From assembly GCA_001179505.1 (NCBI GenBank), contig CDMY01000436.1, positions 310,001 through 374,000 of the forward strand: a DNA stretch of 64,000 nucleotides. Reading direction: 5' to 3'. The position numbers and the translations under genes are program-made. Origin of the DNA: Vitrella brassicaformis CCMP3155. Taxonomy: Eukaryota > Protista > Chromerida. The notes under the pieces are model-generated. The model worked only from the letters and a program-made list of their open reading frames with translations, did not search any database and had not been told where the DNA came from. Below are positions 11,889 through 24,671 of this stretch, one piece after another; within the stretch, counting starts at the first letter, position 1, and each line of letters opens with the position of its first letter.

Positions 11889-11950
11889 AATTGGCCGTCT
11901 CGAAAATTGGCCGTCTCGAATGATAATTCTCGCCGCGCGATTTCTCGCCG
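11889..11950. repeat. Perfect 16-bp tandem repeat plus a second short direct repeat, upstream of the kinase locus
   Basis: AATTGGCCGTCTCGAA twice (11889-11920), then TTCTCGCCG twice (about 11927 and 11942). Confidence 0.8.
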
Positions 11951-12232
11951 GACTTCCTCAGCTTTTGTGTCCCTGTCCGTAGAGACAGCGAGAACACGTG
12001 AAGCACTAGGCCAGAGTCGCATCGCATGAAGGCAGAATACATGTGAGTGGCACTCGGTGACCGTGCCACTGAGTGCATGCCTTTCTCTCCGGCTGCGCGG
12101 GAACACCGCAAGTCAGATTCTGTACAAACGGGTCACATGCACACACTCAGCTAGAAGGCAGGCGCCATCCATCCATCCATCCATCCATCCATCCACCCAT
12201 GTATCCATCAGTCAAATGTATGCATGCATCGA

Positions 12233-15200
12233 TCATGCCTTGACCAGTGACTTGTAGCAGATGAGAATGAACAGGATGATGAACACCGAGTTGACGCAGA
12301 ACCGGAGGTGGCTGGTCCCCATCTCCACACGCGGCAGCCCCAGCAGCTTGGCCATACGCTCGGATGAGTCTACTTGCAGGAATGTCAGCATCGCATTCCA
12401 ATTGAACGAAAAAACTGCACCACCCACACACACAAACCATTCACCACACGTCTGTATATGAGGCCATCCTTGCACTCCTGTGTGTGTGGTCACCACATAG
12501 GGCTGCGATGCCCAGGAGTTCCATCCATGGGAATGCGAGTGAGTCGCCGCGGCGGGCCGACGCGTCCCCCTGGTGCACAAGAGTGAAGTAGTTGGTCGCC
12601 TCGTTGAACACACGGGCGTTGCGCTCTGCGCTCCGCAGCGAACCCACCAACCGCGCCTGCATGAAAGCCATGCCACCTGGTGATTGGGTGCCCGACCGTT
12701 CGATCGTCGTTACCTTTATTTCGAGGTATCTGGCTGGCCTCTCCCTCTTCAGTCGCGCAAAGTCGCCATATATGTCCAGATCAGCCAGGGCCCGCTCAGC
12801 GTCCTGCAACAACACGAGATATGAGCACGATGGGAGTCTGCCCACGGATCGCTGCGTGGTGGCTGACCTCTTCCAGCGACGCAGAGAGGTTGCGGTGGGT
12901 AGCTGTTGCAGGCGGTGTTGGTGTTGACGAAGGCCCACCAGTCACCTCGTCGCTCTGCGCCACATGAGACCTGACAAGTAAGACAGGCACAGGCAAGAAA
13001 CAATCCAGAAATGTTTTGATGATCGCTGGCGGGCCCTGACCTGGTTGATGGCTGTCTGTGTCTGATCTGACTGTCGCCGTCCGTCCTCTTGTCATGGGTG
13101 AGAGAGGGCATCACGGTCTCTGTCGCAGCTGTGCCAGGCTCGCCGGCCTCTTTCTTGGCATTCTTGTCGTTGGTCTTGGCGTCGATGGCCTCGAGGCCTG
13201 TGGGGATAGAGAGCCGCTTGTGCAGCACCTGCATTGAGTGAACACCGAAGGGATGTATATGAGAGGACACTCGCTGCCTTGGCCACCGACGGGGTATAGG
13301 CTGCGATGCCCGCACGCAATGGCCACCTCTGCAAGATAGCTACAGCCTGGCAGAAGAGGAAAGGTGAGTCCTGACGACCAGCTGTCAGTGCTCCTCTATC
13401 TGCGTCACCTGTCACGTTGTCTGCGAGCAGCAGCACGTCGATCCAGTTGGTGCTGCTCACACGACCCACCAGCAGGTGCTGCACATACCAGACCAGCCTC
13501 TCGTCACCCAGCCTGATAAGACAGGACAGCGAGAAACACATGGGTGAATGAGTGGGTTTGTCACCTGCAGGCCAGGATGATCAGCTGCCGCAATGTGGAG
13601 GTCGGTAGACGCCGATCGTACGCTACGTCAGCCTGATCAAACACAACACGGAAACTCACGCGACAGTTGACATGCCCGATTTCTTCTTCTCACCTCCAGT
13701 GTTTGCAGATAGGCAAAGCGCACCACCCGAAGCACGTTCTCCCTGCTCATGTCCGCCACACTGACCACATACCGCACGTGCACGCCTCTATCCCTGGCGG
13801 TCTTGACCAGCCCCACCACTCGCCCATCTGCCGCACCATGCCCCTCCCCCTCCCGCCCTCCCTGCCCATGGCGGTTGACGCTCGTCACCGGATAGTAACT
13901 GGAGGTGCTCGTCTCATAGGTCGTCACTCTGACACCCCCTTCACGCTTCTTCCCCAGTTTTTCCTTGGCATATGCCTCCTCTTTGCTCCAGTGGGTATCG
14001 ACGAGGCCAATCGGGAGCAGCATGGGATAGGCGGACGCGAGTAGAAATGAGTGGGCCATCACGGCGGCGGAGGTGGCGTCAGCATCGGGCTTGTGGTGGC
14101 ACAGGAGAAGAGTGTCGACGTCGTGGTGGAAGCCCTTGGAGGTCATGTAGGCTGCGAAGCGGCTCGTGGGATCGAAGGGAGGGGGAGGGATGGGCAGGGG
14201 AGGTGATGGGGCGTCCGGCTGGTCACTCAGCAAAAGCGCCGTTCGCTCAGTGAAGGCGTACAGTGACGCGAGGAGGGCTGGAACGGTCGACGGCGGGACA
14301 TCAACCAGCGGTTGCGCCTCCGCCGCTAGGGCCTTGAGCCGGTGCAGCTTGAGCCGGGCAGCCACTCGACACAGGCCGTCCACGTCCATGTCCCCCAGCC
14401 CATCCCTCGGCAGCCTATCGGTATAGAGGAAGAAGACTAGTGCGTGGAGGGACTGTGGCGACAGCTCTCTCAGCAACGATGCCGCTTGGCTATCGCTTGG
14501 CTTCTGCTGCGTCGCTGCGGCTGTCTTTGCTGCCTTTGCCCGCTCTCGATATATCTCATTGGCCAGTTCGATCAGCTCCTGGCCCTCCGTGCCCCCACTT
14601 TCGTCCTCATTTGCAGATGGCTCCTCAGCAATGCTGTCAAGACCGCCTGGCTTGCTGGCACGCGACTGAAGAGGCTGGCTGGCTGACGAGGGGCTCGGGT
14701 GAGTGGGGTGTGGGTCTGCCCGGCGGGTGAAGGCCTCGACTATAGCGGGACATCGCACTTGCAGAAAGGCTGACGTGGACAGATAAGGAACAGCGAGATG
14801 GTCTAGTCTGGTCTGGTCTGTGTGTGTATTTCGTTTGTCGGTGTACCTGAGTGCGCATAGACTCTGCAGCCGTCGGGCAGCTCATAGAAGACGTCACCAG
14901 TCCGATCAGCACCTGATAGAGGACCAGCAGCAGTGGCACCTCAGGGACGACATGGCCTGTCGTGGCTTGCTTACTTTCGAGCGTTTTCTCCAGCAGTGTG
15001 GTAACTTTGCCGCCCGCAAAGCTGTGCCAGCCGCCAGCCGCCACACTCTCAAAACCCAACAGAGGAAGATGCACCTGCCAACACATGCCCAACGCATACA
15101 CGCACTTGCTGACGGCCTCTTGTGAGCTTTCTCACCAATCTGGGCATCCAGTGATGGCACGGCTCGTCGCGTCCCTCATGCCATCCCTGTTCTTCCTCTA

Positions 15201-17062
15201 GGCGATCACTGGTAGCCGGCGGTGGACGTGCGGCCGTGTGTGAGGGGCTTCCCCACGCAAACAGCATTCCTGAAGGACAGGAACCGAATACACATAATGC
15301 GCAGCGGGCGGTGGTGTGGCGGTGTGGTCTGATGGCTTGTCTGAACGGCTTGCTTGCCTTGTGCAGTGAGTGCGATGGAGTGAGTGAAGGCGCCACTGAT
15401 CGAGCGCACCTCGCAGTCCCGCAGACACAGCACCTGCTTGGGCGTGACCCACGGAAACGAACACGGCGAAATGCGAAAATGGGCCGCAAAGCCTACCTGC
15501 AAACAGCACACGTCTGTGAACACGTCATAGCCAGGTCGTTCCTCTATCACCAGCTCATTGGCTTCTGCGAGTGTCCCATGTCCCAGGGTGGGTCCGCCGC
15601 ATGCGCCCCATGTGAAAAGTCGGCCCTGGCTGTCGACGGCCATCGAGTGGGACTCGCCGCACGACACGAGGCGGAACCGGCTGCCCTCCTGGGTGGCACT
15701 CCACGGGTCGCGGACGCGCCTCGGCTCGAAACTATCCTGACAGCATACATCAATCGCCCATCGTGGTCAAAGGTAAAGATGCTGTGGCGCGTTTGTGTGT
15801 GTACATACCACTAGGTCGCCGATGCCCAGCTGGCCACGCGCATTCTCGCCCCTGCAGGGCACGGACAGAAGAAAGAGTCGTCGCCTGCCGTGTGGGAATA
15901 CGTGTGTACCATGAGTATAGGGCCCCCTGTGAAGATATGGCAAGGCAGTGTGCAGCACCGGCAGACACACTCGACACAACCACACCCTTCAGCCCTGCAC
16001 AAACACGCAAATACCGACCGCTCCACATCATCGACCCATTGGATCATGCTCTCCTACCATACCTTCCACAGGTGCGGGGTACAGCTGGTTCGGGCCAGCC
16101 ACACGATACCCAAGACGACCTGCAACACACACAGACACATGGTATGGTAAGCATGTGCGTGGATGCACTCCTGCAGCCCCTCACCGCTGGCAGCCATCCC
16201 CCACGTGTAGACGCGTCCCCCCTCCGTCAGAGCCACGGAGAACCCAGACCTGTCAACAAACAGACAAGTGGAATCACAGGTCACATCGACACTTAGAGGC
16301 CATACCCGGCTGCGATTTGCGCGACGCGCGTGTGTCGCAGGTCATCAATGGGCGACGGATGGCTGACGTGGTCCTTCTCCACACCCAGGCCTGTCGCTGG
16401 TCCAAACCCCCAGGCCCACACACGGCCACACCGACTCAACGCCAAGGTGTGGGCACCTGACACACACACATTATGCACAGAAGAAAGCATACAATCGACG
16501 GATGCATCACAGTAAGCCAGGCAGTGCGTCCTATCATCCATCCATCCATCCATCTCACTCACCGAGCATCCCCCCTCCCGCGGCGACCGACATTATGGCT
16601 GTCTTAGGCGGGAAGGCCACTGGCGGGGGCGTGAAACAGCCACGGGACAGGGGAGATGGCTTGGCCACCGACTCATCTTTCTTGTCAGTATCCGTGCTGG
16701 CTAAGGGGCCTGCCGTGCCTGCAAGGCAAGGAAAGAGCGAATGGATGATGGATGAGCGGCTGCAGCCGCGCTCACCCAGGCAGCCGGTGACTTGTGAGCC
16801 GCACAGCAAAAGGCCCCCTTGCCGCGTCACCAAACAACTATGGTACCAGCCGCAACACGCAGATATCACCTCGCTGGAAGAGAACAACGAGATGAATCGA
16901 CAGGGTATATCATTGAATGTTGAATGCCGCTGTGTGTGCATTAGTCGTCCTTTCTTGCCTGCCATTGAGAGGGCCGAGTCGTGTGGGGAAGTCGATGTCA
17001 TCTGAGTGGCCATGACCCAGCCTGCCATAGCTGCCGCTGCCCCAGCTGTACAGATGTGTCAT
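12233..17062 (-). CDS. RCC1-repeat + tandem BTB/POZ (+BACK-like) protein with C-terminal hydrophobic tail
   Basis: Starts MTHLYSWGSGSYGRLGHGH. RCC1 repeats include CGWYHSCLVTRQG, GAHTLALSRCGRVWAWG, SVALTEGGRVYTWG, AGAAHCLAISSQGALYSW and CGESHSMAVDSQGRLFTWG. BTB-like segments LHALVFFLYTDRL and AHSFLLASAYP...RVVRFAY. Ends FCVNSVFIILFILICYKSLVKA*. Confidence 0.85.
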
Positions 17063-17309
17063 CGGGGCGCTGCTGGCGACTGAGATGATGGGTCAGATCT
17101 CCCCATAACGATGCCAAAGAGCTTGCATCGCACTATCCCCTGCTTCCGATGAATTGATCTCAACGTAGCATTGCATCGTTGGCCATCGCAAGATCCTGTG
17201 AGTCTACTTTCAGGCCTCGTTTTCGGCAGTACTCCAAGAGCCTCCGATCGCGAGCTCGCATGAGTGGAAAACTCCCTTCCCCTTGGCTGTTCCTGTCGTT
17301 GGAAGCATC

Positions 17310-18029
17310 ATGTCGGCGCCTATAGACCCTCACAAGGTGTCCGGCGGCGGTCGTCTGCAGCGGCCAGAGCAGCGGGTGGAGATAGAGAAGGTCAACAACG
17401 TCTGGGGGTCCACGGCCGGCGCCGGGAGTGACTTCTTCCACGTGTACCGCAAGCACCGGCGCATCGAGATGGACCGCCTCAAGAAGATGGACGAGGACTG
17501 GGAGGCGCAGCAGGAGACCGAGGAGATGCTCAAGCGCAAGCAGGACAGGGAGAGGGCGGCCGAGACCGAGAGGCGCAAGAAGGCACAGAGGCGACACAAG
17601 CGCAAGGAGAACAAGGAGCGCGCCAAGGAGCTCAAGAAGACCGCTGAGACCATGAACCAGTTCAAGAACGACGGCTCCTTCCTCGACCAGGTCCTCGCTG
17701 ACGCCCCGGCAGCCAGCAGCACTGACCACAAGCGTGACAGCCAAGCGGCAGAGAACGGCACACACACCTCACCCGCTGACCAGCCACCCGCCAAGAGGCC
17801 GAGAACTGACGACTCATCGGCAGTCCAAGATGGCAGCGAGGAGGAGGCAGCCTCGCTAGATCAGTTGAAGGCGCAGGTGGCCAGCTTCAAGGCGGCTGCC
17901 GAGGGTGAGGGCGGCGGGAAGGGGGAGGCTGCGAGGCCGGCCGGCAAGAACGAGGGTGCGATTCCCAAGAGTGCGGCGCAGATGAGGAGCGACCAAAATT
18001 TGGTGGTGACCGACGAGACCCAGGGATGA
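17310..18029 (+). CDS. PRKRIP1: PRKR-interacting protein 1 family (DUF1168), intronless
   Basis: Family motif VNNVWGSTAGAGSDFFHVYRKHRRIEMDRL followed by a Lys/Arg/Glu-rich coiled coil. Single ORF from the ATG at 17310. Confidence 0.9.
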   Translation: MSAPIDPHKVSGGGRLQRPEQRVEIEKVNNVWGSTAGAGSDFFHVYRKHRRIEMDRLKKMDEDWEAQQETEEMLKRKQDRERAAETERRKKAQRRHKRKENKERAKELKKTAETMNQFKNDGSFLDQVLADAPAASSTDHKRDSQAAENGTHTSPADQPPAKRPRTDDSSAVQDGSEEEAASLDQLKAQVASFKAAAEGEGGGKGEAARPAGKNEGAIPKSAAQMRSDQNLVVTDETQG

Positions 18030-18678
18030 GGGCATAGGATGTGGTGGGTTTGGTTGGGTTGTCAGAGAGAGGGAGGGAGGGAGGGAGGGAATGACTGTCT
18101 GCGTGTGATCGATTGACTAAGTGGTTGATGGGTGAACAAATCTTAACACTCACATCGTGACCGGTGGTCTCGATGACTTTCCCTTTCGAACGAAGGTCAT
18201 CGTGTCAGAGCTGTCCATTCACATGAAGCGCAGATAACATCGCGCGTGTGTGTGTCACAGACGAAACATGACACGGAAGCCAACAACTGGCTGCGTCGAG
18301 CCATGCCACGATCTGTTATTGTGAATCCTTGCTGACTGCGAACCATCGCATTCAATCAATCATTACACAGATGGGGGGATCGATCATGCAGTCAGTCCCC
18401 AGATGCGCAAACGAAGGCAACATATGCACACTCAAATCAACCAACCAACCCGTCTGTCTGCACACACATATGGATCACCCCCCTGCATCTATTCATCCCC
18501 CCATCCGCTACTCAAACGCTGGTAGACACCGGTGCGCTCTGCAGCCAGCCAGCCGTATTGCCAATGCTGCAGCAGAGGAGGGAAGCACCCACCCAGATTT
18601 ATCCGATGCATCGACACTGAAGTTGTGTCACGTCTCCCCAATCATGTTTCTCTGACCGTGTGGTATCTATCATGCCGT

Positions 18679-20466
18679 CTATGGCGTCTGGCCATCGAGA
18701 AAGACGGGCGCGATGACGCCGAGTGACCGCCGAGCCCTGGCTGTGGTTTGCGGATGCCTGACGGGGAAGGCGTCGTCCGGGCTGCCCACCGGCTGCTCTG
18801 TCGTCGCCAGAACGACAGCCACTGCCACAGGACACAGAGAGAGACAAGGGCGCCTGCGTGACACCGTTTGATTTTCCCGTGCCCTCCCTCCGCTCACCGG
18901 CCTGACGGTTATCTGGAGGGACTCTGAATTCAACCCCTGCTATAAAGGGGTCGTCGAATGCCGTTAGCAGATGAGTCTGATATGCAGTTCCACCGTCCTC
19001 GGTCGTCACGACGGCTGAGCATCCCTCCAGCGGCGTGTGAGGCGACCGCGTCAGCAACGTGTCCAGATAGCCACCCCGAACACCACTGCACACACACAAA
19101 CACACACAGAAGGAGAACACTCCACTTCTCCATCACGTTCGTTCCCCCACAGCAGTACCCACCGATGGACTTCTATCTCCATGGCTTCGAAGTGGACGCC
19201 ACTCCCCGTGTAGTGGTGAAGGATCATGTCCAAAATGAAGGCGCTCACAGACATCTCGGCGTACTCGGGTCCGATTGCCCGCCAGCCGCCTTGTCCGCCG
19301 GCAGTGCACTCAATGATCGATCGGACGGGCGGGTCATCGCGCTTCATGTGCTGTTGGAAGGGGTGCTGCGACAGGGGGTGCACGTGATCAGTGGAGAGGG
19401 GAGGATTGAGAGTGACGGCGAACTCCGGCTCGTCGCGGATCGCCCGAATCTCGTTGGTGGTCGGGCCGCGGAACACACAAGGGGAGGGGCCGTCCTGCTG
19501 ACTGTCAGCGTGGCGGAAGACGAAATGGCGACCGACAATCATCCACTGTGCTGCCACACGGGGAAGGGACAAGTAGGCCTGAAACACACACATACAGAAC
19601 GATGCAGCCGATTCTCCTCTTCGTGTGTGAGGTGCTGACGGTCTTTGTGTCGTGCTTCTGCAGATCTCTGGCATCGATGGTGATGGGCAGCTGGCAGTAA
19701 TCACACTGCCCCGCCAGTCGTAGCCCATTCCCCACCTCCCCCCAGTCGCCCCCCTCCTCCATCAGCCAGAGCGCCTTCACCACACCACCGTCGCCCAGCT
19801 GGGGCGCAAACCGCACCACGCCCGTCAGACCCGCCTTGTCGATGGCGTCGGTCAGCCGACTGCCGAGGGCATCTCGGATGTGCCTCTTGAGGAGTCGAGC
19901 AGTCGTCCTGAGGCGGCCGACACCCGGCAGGTCTGTGGATGTCTGCAGACGAGCCATGGCGTCGGCCGAGAGGTCCTCCAACTTGGCCTGACCAGGACAG
20001 TGCAACGCACAACAGACAAACGATTAGCGAATCACTCGCGTGTATCGTGTGATGGTTTCATTGACCGATGCGTCAGTGCGCGGCTGAGGGAAGGTGGCCG
20101 ACTTGACGAGGGCCTTCAGCGTGGCCTTGAGCTTGGCATACTGATGCAATGCGGCTATCATGTGAAGCGAACAATCCTGCATGCGTGACACAGACACACA
20201 CACAAACGGCAGATGTCTATCCGCCCTTGTTCTGCCGATGTCGCTTCGTGAGTGCTGCCTGCCTCTGGGCGTACGTACGTACCTACGATGAGAGATCTGA
20301 GGGGTCCAGTGCGGACAGGCGGTACATCAGACAGCTGATCTGCATGAAGAAGAGAAAACAAGCGTGGCCTGCCTGCCGGTGAGGCTGCCGATGGCTCAAT
20401 TCCATGCTTGCTGACCTCCGAGTGCTTCTGTTCGAGCCCAGTCATGGTCACCACCCGCATCATCAT
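18679..20466 (-). CDS. Hypothetical lineage-specific protein (multi-exon; start uncertain)
   Basis: Long coding-like exons bounded by GT/AG: DQLSDVPPVRTGPLRSLIV, GQAKLEDLSADAMARLQ...QCDYCQ, AYLSLPRVAAQWMIVGRHF..., GGYLDTLLTRSPH... and VAVVLATTEQP...FLDGQTP*. No domain recognised. Confidence 0.65.
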
Positions 20467-20616
20467 TTTTCTGCCTTTCTCCCCTCAAGCGTTACACGAC
20501 CAGCCCTACGACCCAAGTGCGGCTTCAGCAATTTCGCTTCTTTGGAGCCTTTAAGGGCAGTGGAGGCCTGCTGGCGCGCAATTAGAGTCAGGTGTCGCAG
20601 CATCTCTGTCGGCGTC

Positions 20617-22803
20617 ATGTCTGCGAGTCAGCCCATCTCGGTCAAGTTCGAGGGCTCTGATGACACTCTGACCATATCAGAGGCCGTGGCGCAGCAGTAC
20701 ACCTTCTTCCAAGCCGTAAGGAACCGATCATGCCAGTGCATGTATGGCAGGGTGCAAGATCTGACTGCTTTCTGTGTGCTGTGTGCTGCAGTTGCTGGAC
20801 GGCGGTTTCCAGGAGTCGGCCGAGCGCACAGTGACGCTCAAAGAGATCTCCCGGCCAATCGCTGGCGTGGTGCTGCAGACGAGGAACGACATGCTCAAAG
20901 ATATCACCCGAGAGGTGCGCAGGCACTCCGCTGTCGGTCCCTCGTGTGCTCCCCTCTCTCATTACCCGTTCGTCTGTGTGTGTCTGGTGTGCTGCAGAAT
21001 CTGTTGGACTGTGTTGTTGGGCTTGACTTCCTGGATCCCGTGGCCAAAGACCGACCGAAGCTCATCGAAGACCTCGGCCGCAAGGTACACCGGGAGGGAG
21101 GGAGGGAGGGAGGGAGGGCGGATGGATTTGTCATCAATCAGATGTGCAATGACGTGCTGTGCAATGTGCCATGTCAGGTGCTTCGCAATCGGTGGCACGA
21201 CGACCAGGACCTCTGCCGGGCGATGCTCAAAATGGCATTCGACAGACCACTCATCAGGTGCGCAGGGCACCCAACAAGACGATGGATGACTCGTGTGTGT
21301 GGATCCTTCGTGCCGTCTTTCCCTCCGTCCAGGTCCTTGATTAGTGGCCATTCTGACCTGCGGCTGGCCTGTGCCCCCTTCATCGTAGAGAACGCCGAAC
21401 AGGTGGCCGCTCAGTGGGTGACCAACTCCTCTGATGGTGACGTCATGCGGGACTTCGTTACCCACTTGCTGCGAGACCTCAAGTGCTTGATTGATGAGGG
21501 CACCTGTGCGGTGAAGCTCGAGACGCTCAAACGATTCCTGATGGACGCCACCGGCTCAGCAAGCTTCAATGAGGCGGTGAGTCAGTCAATGAGTGAGCAC
21601 AAAGGCCAGCCAGCCAGCCCCATCTGGTTGAGTGTGTGCAGAGCGCTGCCATCCTCGAGTGTGAGAGGCTGGCAGACGAGGGCATGATTGTGATCAACGA
21701 GCCCGGCGGCGCCATCGCCCGCGACGATTCTTTCTCCGTTGCGATCCACGGCGCAAAGCACGGTGCGTTCGGTGGCGAGTGCGACTACTCACTCTCACTA
21801 GGGGCGCTTCACCCGATTCCCAGTGCTGGCGGCAGTGCGGATATCCCTCTGAAAGACGTGCGTGCATTTACGGTGTCGGCCGAGTATCTCCATAGCTCCG
21901 ATGACCCCCATAATGTCTTCTGCTTCTCGCCGCATGCCAACCTCTCTGTTGACGGCGGGGATGGCGGCAGCATCAGCATACAGGAGACATACCGCTTCCA
22001 ATGCACCGACTCGCACACTGGCGAGCCGCTGCCGGTCTTTTCTATGGGGCTCCTCGGCAGTGCACCAAGCGCCACACACTCCATGGGGCTCCTCGGCGCC
22101 GGCCTGACCGTGACCATCCCATTCAACCGCCACGAGGCCTTCAGCGACAAGGAGACCAAGGTCAAGGACATCAAGGCCACCGTGACGATTTGACACCTGC
22201 CCATGAGGTGCGTGGCTGCGGACGTTCGATGGATGGTGTGGTCGGTATGGTGTGATGCAATAATGGTGCGCAGGTGTCTCGTCCTGCACTGCTTGCGAAT
22301 GATGATCATGGAGCAGCAGTGGGACGACATCCAAGCGATGGGCAGCGCTATCATCAATGAGGTAGAGGGCTAAATAGACGACCCGAGCAACGGGAGGGAT
22401 GGATGTCATGTCGTCCCTGTTGTGTGTTCGTGTCGATATTCCATAGGTGGTTGACCACATATCAGTGTATTTGGCGCACATCAGGGCGGAAGGTGTGTCG
22501 CCGCTGCGAGTGCTGACGGCATGGCTGGGCTCCAGGGGCAACGACGCGCCGCGCATTGCCCGGTGGTACTTCGGGGAGCTGCTCAAGGCATCCATGACAC
22601 CCCAAGTTTTCAAGGCGCACCCCCCCGACATTGCACCCTTCCTGCGACGAATGGTGCGCCTCGGCTACAAGGATTGGCTGCTCAACCAGCTCCTCCAGAG
22701 TTCGGTCCTTCGCGAGATAATGGGGTCGGTACTGGACGACTATCTCAAGGACGACGGCTCGGATGGCCAGCCGCCGAGAAAGAGGGCGAAGGTCCAGTTG
22801 TGA
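20617..22803 (+). CDS. BTB/POZ-like protein with an in-frame TGA at 22191-22193 (ends at 22193 if the stop is genuine)
   Basis: N-terminus MSASQPISVKFEG...QQYTFFQA|LLDGGFQESAERTVTLKEIS is BTB-like. After TGA the frame continues CAC CTG CCC ATG AG|G across GT-AG introns 22208-22273 and 22362-22446 to ...PPRKRAKVQL* at 22803. Confidence 0.7.
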
Positions 22804-23180
22804 TGGATGGATGGATGCATGGATGTGGGACGGCGGATTCATGTACTGCTCACTGGCCAGCTGATATGTGAGACGTCTTTTGATCCTCTATCTATGACTG
22901 CACATATCAGCTGGCCAGTCTTTTGTCTTATGAGTGTGACCAAGATTTTTATGCCAGTCAGTGTGATATCCGGCTGTAAGTGGCCGTACGTACATCGATC
23001 CGTGTATGTATGTAACATCGTCTCTCATGCACAACGAATGGTGTCTGTCCACAGACCACCGTGTCATCAACATGCGGCGGTGCTGTGCCCTCTCGCCCCC
23101 TCACCCACCCACTCACTTGCACTCACGAGCCACGTCACGCGCTTTTTTTCTCTGTCTGTACACTTCGACTTGTATGTTCA

Positions 23181-24624
23181 TCAGCCAGCCACAGCCTTCA
23201 TCGATCCACTCGACACGCACACGTCAACAGCCACGCCCCCACCCCCAATGCCCTCCCCCATATCGACGTGCACAGAGGAGGAAGGCGCGGCGAGGGGCAG
23301 CTGCAGGTGTCGTGCGAGGGCTGCGAGTGAGTCGACTGAGAGGTCGGCCAGCTCGCGAAACTCTTGATTCTTGTGGTTCTCTATCAGACACGTCCATGCG
23401 CCTGCAGCCAATGGATGGGGACAGACACCAGTGGATGGATGCGGCACAGTTCACGGCTCGCCGTGTGCATCTCTGTCTGTCTGACCTGCGCCTTTGCCGC
23501 ACAGCATGTCGTCCCTAAAGTCGCCAACAAACATGCAATCCTCAGGAGATACGCCCCACTGTAATGGACAGAAGTAAGCGCAATCGACGGCTATGTCATA
23601 CGGTGAGTGGGTGGTCTCGTTGTTTGTTTGACCTGGTTGGCAAGGTGGAAACAGACGGCCGGCGAGGGCTTGACGGGCATCGAGAGGGTCTCACACTCGT
23701 CACGAGAGATGATGGCATCGAAGGAAGCCCCGTTGCACTCCAGCATCGACGCAAAGTGAGCCGCCTGACGCCATCACAATGCACACGCATATGCACTCAC
23801 TTCCGAAGGCCTTTGTTCGCCTGTCTGCCTGACCTGACCTGTTTCCTGGAGTTGCGCGTCACAAGTGCAGTCTTCACGTCAGGGCGAGACCGCCGGAGGG
23901 CAGCCAGCAACTGGATGAATCGATATGATCCACACACACACACACACACACACAGGAGATCGGTACCTGCCTGTCTTCCTTTCTCTGTGTGTGGGTCACT
24001 GACCTCTCTGCAGTATGGTTGCAGTGCCAGCTCTGCGGCCCCTTCGGCCTCGACCTCATCCTGAGTGAAGAACGAGTAAGGGAGGAATGACATACGACGA
24101 TGGACACAAGCGCGCTGTGTTTGCGGCAACAGTGCTCACAATGATCTGCATGGCCCTAGCATACTCATCCGGCGAGTCGCCATACCGCTCCTTCAGCGTA
24201 CGCTGACACACACGCCATACAAGCGAGTCCATCTGTGTGTGCGTGTCGGTGTCGTACTGTTGCGTCTGGAGCTTACGAGGACGTCTTCATGCGGGGGAAT
24301 GCCGAGCCTCTCCTTCATCTTGGTAAAGTCAATCTGGTGCGGCAGAGTGAGGGTCCCATCCATATCGAACAGCACACCAGCCAGCTGGAACCACACACAG
24401 AAGACACTCGCTCTTCGCTCATTCAAGTCCGGCATGCTCACCTTGTTTGGGTCAAATTGCCTGCCCTGCGCTCCCTCCTGTCGGCTGCTCTCCATTGCTG
24501 CGCTGCTGAAGAGCCGCACTGCCGGTGAGATGAGGCTCGGAGATGCGAGATGGAAAGATCTGCGATTGGCACCGAAGGAATGAGCGCTTCGCAGTACGTG
24601 CAGAGGCACACCCAGGCTCTTCAT
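23181..24624 (-). CDS. HAD-superfamily hydrolase with a putative mitochondrial presequence
   Basis: Motif I VLFDMDGTLT, motif II ALVTRN, motif III KPSP, motif IV MFVGDFRDDMLCG. The N-terminus MKSLGVPLHVLRSAHSFGANRRSFHL is rich in Arg/Ser and lacks acidic residues. Confidence 0.88.
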
Positions 24625-24671
24625 CAACCCCTCAGAAGGAACGAGTGTCTCCCCCGCGTCTGCGAGCTTAG

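Noticed and set aside
17160-17794. Long minus-strand ORFs (201 and 154 aa)
   Set aside because: They are antisense shadows of the GC-rich PRKRIP1 coding sequence and have no independent coding signal.
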